Source: an uncultured Phycisphaeraceae bacterium (GTDB lineage: Bacteria; Planctomycetota; Phycisphaerae; UBA1845). Taken from it: a stretch of DNA of 64,000 bases. Position 1 is the stretch's first letter. Each line of letters starts with the position of its first letter. Below, in pieces: positions 10,501-17,900 of this stretch. The stretch covers positions 1,477 through 65,476 of the forward strand of contig CAZMVD010000007.1 in the NCBI GenBank assembly GCA_964569425.1, given 5' to 3'. A program made the position numbers and the translations under genes. Below the pieces are notes generated by a model, which saw only the letters and a list, made by a program, of their open reading frames with translations, made no database searches and was not told the DNA's origin.

Positions 10501-13500
10501 TCCGCCGGAAGAGGAAGAAGAAATCGAACCGGAGCCGGAACTGAGTCAGGCGCAACTGGATGCGATGTTGCGGCAGGCACAGGAAGCGCTGATCCGGCAG
10601 GGAGTGCAGCCGAAGGAATCGCCCGAAAAGAAGAAAAGCGAAGGGGAGAAATCGGAAGAACAGGAGCGGTCGAAGTCCATCGGCAAGGAGTTCAAGGGTC
10701 AGAAGATCAAGGCGGTCATCGACACCAAGACCGGCGCGGTGACTCTGATCGGTCCCGAGGGTGTCGTGGAGCAGATCCCGGACTTGATCAAGGAGGTGGA
10801 GGAACAATTGAAGGACGCACCGGCGCCGCCGGATATCCGCATTTACCGCGTGCGCTACATCGACGTGTTCACGGCGCAGGACATTCTCGAAGAGATGTTC
10901 AACGCCACGCGTCAGCAGATGGCGCAGGTGCAGGCGGCGCAGCGGCAGGCGCAGCAGATGGCGATTCAGCAGCAGCGGGCGGCCCAACAGGCGGCTCAGC
11001 AGGCGGCCCGTCAGCAGGAGCGGGGTGGCGAGGGCCAACAGCCCGGGCGACAGCCGCAGCAGCCTCAGCCGGTGCCGATTCCCGAGTTGCCGGCCACTGC
11101 GGTGCGCGTGTATCCCAACCCGCGCGACCGCACGCTGATTCTGCGGGCGGATACCAATCAGTACCCGGCGATCGAGGAGTTGCTGGCGACCATCGACCAG
11201 CCCAAGCCGTATGACAATCTTTATCGCGTGATTCCGCTCAAGAAGCTCAACGCGACCGACGTGGAGGCGCTGCTGCGCGACTGGCTGGGACTAGACGAAT
11301 CGAAGGCACGGAGCGGGGCGCGCGGCCCGCGGGGCGCATCGCCTGAAGCGAGCGGCGCCGGCGGCCAACTGCCCAAGACCATCGTTCAGGAGACCAAGAC
11401 CGGTGTGGTCGAACTCGGGGTGGATCCGCAGGACATCAAAATCTCCAGCAACCTGGAGACCAACAGCATTCTGGTCATGGCTCCGCAAGCGGCGCTGGAT
11501 TACGTTGAAGAATTGATCGCGGACCTCGAGAGCCAGGACGTGGCGAAGCGTGAGTGGAAGAGCTATCAGCTTCAACATGCTGACGTGGAGGAGGTGGCCG
11601 ACTATCTGGCCACGCGCATCAACCAGGGTCGCCCCGGCGCAGGGGCGACGCGGGGCAAGGGTGCCCCCGGCGGGTCGGCGGATGGAGGCGGATCGCTTAA
11701 TACGGCGAGTTTCATTCCTTATCCGCGTCTGCAGATGCTTTCGGTGCAGGCCACGGCCGAGCAGATCGCGGAGGTCGATAAGTTGATCGTAGAGCTGGAT
11801 GTGCCGGCCGGGGGTGAGAACTTTCAGTCGGTGGTGCTTGCGCATGCCGACGCCAAGCTGGTGGCGGACACGTTGGATTCCATGTTCGGCGGCGGGGGTG
11901 GAGCGCGGGGGGCGCGAGGGGCGGCTCCCACGGCGTCCGCGGTGGCCAAGTTCATCGGCGAGGAGGGGGGGCGGGTGCTCTTTTTCAGCGCGCCGGAGCG
12001 GCTGCACGAGCGCATTCACGTGGTCATCAAGGATATCGAAGAGCAGTCGCAGGGGCGCGATCAACTACGGGTGATTCAATTGCAATATGCCCGCGCCAGC
12101 ATGGTGGCCGATGCGATCGATTCGGCCTATGGGGCCGGCCGGCGGACGGGGGCGGCGCGGGGCAAGGGGGCCGCGGGCGGCGGGGCGCGGGTCAGCGTGA
12201 CCGCCAGCGATGCGACGCGGCAGCTTTTCGTGATGACGGACGACGCGATGTTTGCGGAGGTGGAGTCGCTGGTGAAGTCGCTGGACACGGAGCGGGGCAT
12301 CGGCTTCGACTTTCGCATTTATCCGCTGAAGCACGCGGACGCGCGGGCGGTGTACACGACGATGAACAAGCTGATCACCGACTATCTGCGCCGGTTGCCG
12401 CCGCAGACGCCGATCGACCCGTTCAGCGTGGAGGTGGACGACAAGGCCAACGCGCTGGTGGTGCTGGGCAGCCCGACGATTTTCGGGTTTGTGGAGGATT
12501 CGCTGAAGACTATCGACACGCCGGCCAACGCGCCGAGCCCGCCGGGCGTACTGATGGTGGTGCTCAAGACGGCGGATGCCACGGAGGTGGCACAGAATAT
12601 CAATCGGTTGTGGAGCACCAAGATCAAGGAGGGCGAGGTGCCGCCCACGGCCGAGGCCAACCGCACGCTCAATATGGTCATCGTCCGCGGCACGCAGAAG
12701 CAGATTGACGACATTCGCAGCCAGGTGATCGACCCGCTGGAACAGCAGGCGGCGGCGCAACTTCTCACCGAGACCATCACCCTCAAACACGCGCTGGCCG
12801 AGGACGTGGCTGAGTCGCTGACTCGCATCTTCGACGACAAGCGCAAGGCGCTGCAGACCACGGGCGGGCGGGGGCCGGGCGGGGCGGCTTCGCCGCTGGA
12901 TCTGGCGGTGGTGGTTACGCCGCTGGTGAATACCAACCAGGTGGTGGTGCAGGCGAACGAGGCGAACCTGGGGTTCATCAAGGAGCGGATTGCGCAGCTC
13001 GATCTGCCGGAGTTTGCGGATACTGCGGTAACCACGACGAAGGTCTATGCGGCGGTCGCGGCCGATCCCAACGCGGTGGTGAACATGATCCGCGAGTGGA
13101 GCCGCACACAACAGCAGACCGCGGGCGCCAACCGCCGGATGTCGCAGAAGGACGTGATCGTCGCGGTGGCCGATCCGCTGACGCAGACGGTGATCGTCAC
13201 GGCGAGCGAGTCGAATCACCAGCGGGTCAAGGAGATGATCGACGGGCTGGACGCGGAAAGCGGCGAGGTGAAGCCGACGGTGCGGACGATCAAGATCAAG
13301 TACGCCGACGCATACGCGATTCAGGAGGCGATCGGCAAGCTGTTCCGCGGGGACGGGCGCAATCCGCGCGAGCAGGTCATTGCCACGGCCGATGCGAATT
13401 CCAACAGCGTGGTGGTTTCGGCGAGCAGCGACAACCAACGGCGGGTGGAGGAACTCATCGCCACGCTCGACGCGCCGGACGCGGCGCAGCGCGACGTGCA

Positions 13501-14377
13501 GGTGATCCGTTTGGAAAACGCCGACGCGGCGGCGGTGGCCAAGACGCTGGACGAGATCTTTGTGAAGTCCGCGCCAAAGTCGGCCGGGGCGCAGGCGCCG
13601 CCGATTTCGATTTCTGCGCTGGAGGGGTCGCGGGCGGTGGTGGTGAAGAGCAAGCCGGAGGATTTCACGCGGATCGAGGCGGCGGCGAAGGCGATGGACA
13701 GCCGTGACGCCCTGGCCGACGCGCCCAAGATCATCCTTCTCCAGCATGCCCGGGCCGATCAAATCGCGCACATGCTCCAGCAGACGTTTGAGCAGCAGCG
13801 GGGCGGCGGGCGGGCGAGCAAGTCGCCGCCGACGGTGGTGGCCAACGAGCAGATCAACGGTCTGGTGGTGCGGGCCGAGCCGGCGGACCTGGCGGGCATC
13901 GAGAGCCTGGTTGCGCAGCTCGACAGTGACAAGATTCCGCCGCAGTCGCGGTTCAAGGTTATTGAGCTGGACGCGGGTGTGAACCTGGCCGACCTGGCTG
14001 AAAAGGTAGAGCTGACTATCAACGAGGCGGCCAAGGCGCAGGTGCCGCCGGGCAGTCGGCAGGCGCCGCCGAGCATCACGGTCATGGCGGACGCACGGAC
14101 CGGCATGCTGATCGTGGGCGGGTCGCCCTCGTTGTTTGCTGATGCTGAGGAGATGGCCAGGACGATTGTAGATAAGGGACCGAAGGGCAACACGGTCACT
14201 TCGATCTTCAAGCCGCAGAACGTGGCGGTGGAGGATATTCAGCGGTTGATCGACCAGTTGACGAACCCGGAGGCCGCGAGTGAGAGCGGGCGGCGAAGTG
14301 GCAGCGGTAGCGGCACGCGCGGGGGCACGACACGTCCTACGAGTCGGCCAAGACCGCGTACGACCCCGCAGCGTTGA
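7469..14377 (+). CDS. Barrel-less secretin N-domain array protein, 3' segment (about 23 tandem N-domain units, central acidic/Lys and Gln-rich spacers, no secretin C-domain)
   Basis: 2302-aa ORF with no signal peptide of its own. Recurrent unit: beta-alpha (e.g. VEYVPIKYADPTELVQSIEPIL, IRIYRVRYIDVFTAQDILEEMF, VRTIKIKYADAYAIQEAIGKLF), a variable linker, then hxxDxRTNxLhV..xxhxxhxxLIxxLD (e.g. VIATADANSNSVVVSASSDNQRRVEELIATLD). Ends with a half unit (VTSIFKPQNVAVEDIQRLIDQL) and a Ser/Gly/Arg/Pro tail. Confidence 0.75.
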   Translation: MAAPAGQPGGAAGKFTPDDEQGRLYVLCTDSEWEAYGKVISDLENETALREFVLLPVKNIPVDEALNKIAALIPLSAAGVATAPGVAGKEATKIRCETTADGILVLGANETEIQSMRELLAVFDHASDIEERTFEIKFADPAEVKAAVEALLTEGPATTTPTAGARRARGAAPRDPSLGAASTAALTIVQVDTRLIVKASPSVMQQVAAYIEQFDVRADKRTVRVYENFPPGADIDAIASTLSTVLGGSSSRGAAAPRPTARQPGSAPSGPEGPQFIPQPATGKLIVIAQPFMFEEIEELLNMLRKTEVTEPTLVEYVPIKYADPTELVQSIEPILTVKVRNLIRSGEVTESMVEDPAAGGVRAPRVRVPGAATSNDRPYHLAADVRNKRVVVVATRKIIDAAKELIGDFDTRAEVPGVVFEFIEVKHVDPAQLVEQLDPLLALKVQELVRGGELADEPDASAPGGAAKGAVRMPGRPILDSRQRYHIAADERNRRIVVAAAQPVVDEARSLVAMFDKPDSKDTRIEVRTVAMQHGDPVEVAEKIEPLLSMKVQQLVYAGELAEEGGVTATPGAVTPGRPLKMPRAGGASKRYHMEPDQRNKQIVIAAPTAVIDEAVKLIAEFDKPSDASKLVFETVVLHNADPNDMVKTIKEMIGAPQRAVTTRRPGVPAAPVPEAILTSSLAIAAAPGGGAVVLQGPAEEVAQAKEWVGHLDSMATSGRQIKIYEIKYADTKTLVDIIMNVVDSASREAPKRGALPRGLGKESEEEDFFETSITRIGKDVYIKADLIADTMVVVAGPAKITEVDAIIAQMDTKETEEVTKKPVVPREYIDLQYATARDAADALDAILKDRWESSEDRPKVTTGLFGETLIVSHPDESRLAEVRELVATLVDKPDPKKFRETRRMITSPSNIPPRDLIMMLQLNNPDIEFELIDGTPQDEDKFIIERVKAQPPPPAVKPQAEGRRPAPAGSPQADAGSALIPAPLRVAATAVLCAALAQVPEGAEPEGVPPPEEEEEIEPEPELSQAQLDAMLRQAQEALIRQGVQPKESPEKKKSEGEKSEEQERSKSIGKEFKGQKIKAVIDTKTGAVTLIGPEGVVEQIPDLIKEVEEQLKDAPAPPDIRIYRVRYIDVFTAQDILEEMFNATRQQMAQVQAAQRQAQQMAIQQQRAAQQAAQQAARQQERGGEGQQPGRQPQQPQPVPIPELPATAVRVYPNPRDRTLILRADTNQYPAIEELLATIDQPKPYDNLYRVIPLKKLNATDVEALLRDWLGLDESKARSGARGPRGASPEASGAGGQLPKTIVQETKTGVVELGVDPQDIKISSNLETNSILVMAPQAALDYVEELIADLESQDVAKREWKSYQLQHADVEEVADYLATRINQGRPGAGATRGKGAPGGSADGGGSLNTASFIPYPRLQMLSVQATAEQIAEVDKLIVELDVPAGGENFQSVVLAHADAKLVADTLDSMFGGGGGARGARGAAPTASAVAKFIGEEGGRVLFFSAPERLHERIHVVIKDIEEQSQGRDQLRVIQLQYARASMVADAIDSAYGAGRRTGAARGKGAAGGGARVSVTASDATRQLFVMTDDAMFAEVESLVKSLDTERGIGFDFRIYPLKHADARAVYTTMNKLITDYLRRLPPQTPIDPFSVEVDDKANALVVLGSPTIFGFVEDSLKTIDTPANAPSPPGVLMVVLKTADATEVAQNINRLWSTKIKEGEVPPTAEANRTLNMVIVRGTQKQIDDIRSQVIDPLEQQAAAQLLTETITLKHALAEDVAESLTRIFDDKRKALQTTGGRGPGGAASPLDLAVVVTPLVNTNQVVVQANEANLGFIKERIAQLDLPEFADTAVTTTKVYAAVAADPNAVVNMIREWSRTQQQTAGANRRMSQKDVIVAVADPLTQTVIVTASESNHQRVKEMIDGLDAESGEVKPTVRTIKIKYADAYAIQEAIGKLFRGDGRNPREQVIATADANSNSVVVSASSDNQRRVEELIATLDAPDAAQRDVQVIRLENADAAAVAKTLDEIFVKSAPKSAGAQAPPISISALEGSRAVVVKSKPEDFTRIEAAAKAMDSRDALADAPKIILLQHARADQIAHMLQQTFEQQRGGGRASKSPPTVVANEQINGLVVRAEPADLAGIESLVAQLDSDKIPPQSRFKVIELDAGVNLADLAEKVELTINEAAKAQVPPGSRQAPPSITVMADARTGMLIVGGSPSLFADAEEMARTIVDKGPKGNTVTSIFKPQNVAVEDIQRLIDQLTNPEAASESGRRSGSGSGTRGGTTRPTSRPRPRTTPQR

Positions 14378-14404
14378 CACTACGCCGCCGCGTTGACGGG
14401 ACCG

Positions 14405-14623
14405 CTTCCCCCTTTCCAAGGGGGGATACAGGGGGGTTGGCATGGGCGGCGCGCCACCGCCTTCAGCGTTTCGGCAGCCGGGGGCGTTGGCCAAGCGCAG
14501 AGTTTTCGCCGTCGGCGCTGTTTCGCCTCCAGTGAATCGGCGCTGGAGGCGGTAGGTATCGCGCGAGGTCTTCGCGGGCGACGCAACCTCCCCCTGCCCC
14601 CTCCTTGGTAAGGAGGGGGGAAG
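14405..14623. repeat. MITE-like element: imperfect ~40-bp terminal inverted repeats, each containing a C5/G5 hairpin, around a structured core
   Basis: Left arm 14405-14440 cttccccctttccaaggggggatacaggggggttgg. The reverse complement of right arm 14585-14623 is cttcccccctccttaccaaggagggggcagggggaggttg. Internal 9-bp stem cgcctccag(14524-14532)/ctggaggcg(14543-14551). No credible ORF inside. Confidence 0.6.
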
Positions 14624-14949
14624 TGAGGCGGCGTCTTGGGAGCGCAACGTGGAGCGTCGAGCGCACCTGTACGGTGCGTATCGGCAAAGAACTTATCCCC
14701 ATGACTGAATCGCGGGCGTCCGCGCGGGCTGCCCTTGACGCTTCGCGTAAAGGGGAGCAAGCCCGCGGCGCGCGTCGATATTGGGATAGGTCCTGAAGTG
14801 CGTATTGGCGAAAAATCACAGCCCCCGTTCGGTGGGGCGGAGGGCGGGTATTTTTTCGGTTACCGGCGAGCGCCGGTCGGGTATCATACGGCGCGGCGAC
14901 CGTGTCGCGGGCCGGATCTGAGAGTCGGGCGAACCAGGGGACAGAACGG

Positions 14950-17900
14950 ATGAACGCGAAGCGAATGGAGACGCGATCGAGGAGTCCGCGCGGCCGCAGA
15001 ATGACATTGGCAGCCGCGTGGTGTATCGGGTTTGCCCTGACGGTTGGGTCGAGCCGCGCGCAGACTGAGCCCACCCCGCCGCCGCGGGAGCAGTCTCCGG
15101 CCGGGGAGCGGCCTGCGCAAGAAGACGAACGCCGCCAGCCCGTGCACGTGCCGGCTGCGCCGGCGCCCGATCGAGTGAGCGAGCTTATCGGCCGGTTGGA
15201 TCCGCAGACGCTGAGCCGGCTGGTGGGGGCGGATATCAAGGTCGAGTTCGTCGGCGGGCAGGTGATCCTTCAGGGGCCGGAAGAGGCGGTCAAGACGCTG
15301 GAGTTGATGATCAAGGCGCTCGACGCCGAGGTGGAAATGCCCGAGGTGCGGGTGGTGACGGTCAGCGAGCGCGACGCGAAGGAAATCGCACGCACGGTGC
15401 AGGAGGCACTGCGCATCGTATTGGATCGCGAGAATCAAAGAGAAGTAGAGCAGGTTACATTGACGGCGCTGACGTCCAACATCCTGCTGGTCTCGGCGCT
15501 TGCCGACGACATCGACTTCGTCCTTTCCGTCATCGATGATGTTGACTCGGTTCCTGATCCGTTGGGCAAGATCGAACTCATGCGCTTCGAGGTGAAGAAC
15601 CGCCGCGCCAGCGACGTGGCCAAGGAGCTGCAGAAGGTCTTTGAGCAATTCCAGAAGGCGCAGGGGATGCCGCTGGACAAGAGCAAGCTCCAAATCATTC
15701 CCAACAACGCCAACAACACCATTACGGTGACGGCGCGGGAAAACGAACGCGAAAAGATTGAGGCGCTGATCGCCAACATCGACGTGGCGCCGACGCCCGG
15801 CTGGGGCGAGGTCAAGCTGACCATTTATCCGCTGTTGCACAGCAAGTCCGCTGATCTGGCGAAGGTCATCGAGGACTTGCTCCAGGCGCAGGCCCGGCAG
15901 GGTCAGGCGCGTGAGGCGATGGAAGAGTTCATCTTCCGCCTGCGGATCAGCAAGGCCAGCCCCACCGGCGAACTGACCGAACTGCCGCCCATCGACCTGC
16001 AGAAGCCGACGCGGATCATTCCCGATGACGGCACCAACAGCCTGATCATCGCCACCGTCGAGGAAAACGTCGTTCCCATGGGTGAACTGATCCGCCTGCT
16101 CGACGGCGTGCCCACCGGCGAAGCGATTCATGCGCGGCTGTTTCCCCTGCGCTTTGCCGATGCCGAGACGGTGTCCGAGGCGCTCAAGAAGATGTTCGAC
16201 GAAGGAAAGACATTGCCAGAGGATCCGGACGGCAGCGCGCAGGACGCGGTTCCGGGTACGCCGACCGGCAAGGCGTTGGTGTACAACGTGTCGGTGGTGG
16301 CCGACGTGCGCACCAATACCATTATCATCGCGGGTCGGGACGAGCAGATTCACCTGGCCGAGACGGTGATCGGGCAGCTCGACCAGCCCGCGCGGGCGCT
16401 GAAATTCCCGCTGCGATTGGTGCCGCTGGACTATGCGGACGCGACGCGGGTGGGTCAGTTATTGACCGAGCTTTTCACGAAGCGTCTGGAGGCGGCCGAG
16501 GCGACCAACGCCGGGAAGGCGGCGGTGGAGCGGGAGCGGGTGTTTTTGAGCGTGGACATTCGCAGCAATTCGCTGATCGTCTCCGCGTCGGAGGAGAACT
16601 TCGACGAGATGGTGTCGATCGTTGACCAGTTGGACAGCCGGCCGACGAAGCTGTTCGACCAGATCCGCCTGGTGTTGTGCAATCGGATCTCCGCGGTCGA
16701 CGTGAAGACCAAAATCGACGAGTTGTGGAAGCGCAAGGCGGAACTGCGGCGCACGCAGGAACTGCTGGAAGATCTTCCGGTGGTGGTGGCGGACGAGCGC
16801 AGCAATGCGCTGGTGGTGGCGGCGAGCCTGGAGGACTATGAGGAGATCAAGCGGCTGGTGGATGCGCTGGAGGCGCAGCCGCTGATCGACGACACGCAAC
16901 TGTTCAAGCTGCAATATGCGGATGCCAACCTGCTGGCCGACATGCTTGACAAGCTGTTCGACGGCATCGCTTCCGCGTCTGAGACGTTCAAGAAGCCCAC
17001 GCTGCTGCCGGACGTGCGGACCAACGCCATCGTGGTGGCGGCGACGCGCGACGCCATGGAACGGGCGGCGGACCTGATCCGCCGGCTGGACGTGGAGGCC
17101 GGCCCGCAGTCGGCGCAGATCAAAGCGTATCCGCTCAACTACGGCTCGGCGGCGAAGATGGCACCGCGCATGCAGAAGCTGTTCGACGCGCGGGCGGAGG
17201 GTCAGGACGCGGCGCGCAGCACGCCGATTGTGATTCTGGCGGAGGAGTCGTCCAACACGCTGGTGAGCAGCGCTTCGCGCGACGATCACGACGTGATTGC
17301 CGAACTGCTTGGCGTGCTCGACAAGCCGTCCAACATCGCGCGGCAGTTTGAGATATTCCCGCTCAAGCGCGGCAAGGCGGCGCGGGTGGCGGAGAAGCTG
17401 GAGCAGCTTTTCGCCACGCAGGTGGAGGGCGGCTCGGGTCGGGCGGACGCCATCGCGGTGCAGGCGGACGAGCGCACCAACGCCATCATCGTCTGGGCTT
17501 CGCCGTCGGAGATGCTCAACATCGGCGAGGTGATTGCGCGGCTGGACACCGCGACGCCCGCGGTGGAGATGATGGTCAAGGTGATTCAGCTCAAGCAGGC
17601 GCTGGCGCAGGACTTTGCCACGCTGCTGGAGGAGACACTGGTGGGCGAGGGCGGGGGCGGGGACGATGAACGGGCGGTGATCGTTTCGTTTCTGGAGAAG
17701 GACGCGCAAGGGCGGGAGATCGAACGCAAGCTGCTGAAGCAGGACATCAAGATCAAGCCCGACCCGCGGACCAATTCGCTCATGGTGTTCGCGCCGGCGG
17801 ACAGCATGTCGATGCTGGAAGCGATGATCGTCGACTTCGACCGCATTCGCCCGATCCGTTCGGAGCTGCGGTTGTTTCCGCTGATCAACAGCGACGCGAA

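Noticed and set aside
14380-14760. Small ORFs in the array-secretin gap (14393..14611+, 14380..14760-, 14463..15239-)
   Set aside because: They run through the C5/G5 hairpin arms (PPFQGG, PPYQGGG, LLTKEGAGGG-type peptides) and have no start context. Read as translation artefacts of the repeat element.
14860-14900. Possible promoter for the secretin (TTACCG-16/17 nt-TATCAT) and palindrome CCGGCGAGCGCCGG
   Set aside because: The -35 matches only 3 of 6 positions, and the palindrome has a 2-nt centre that cannot form a hairpin loop. Too weak to call without transcript data.
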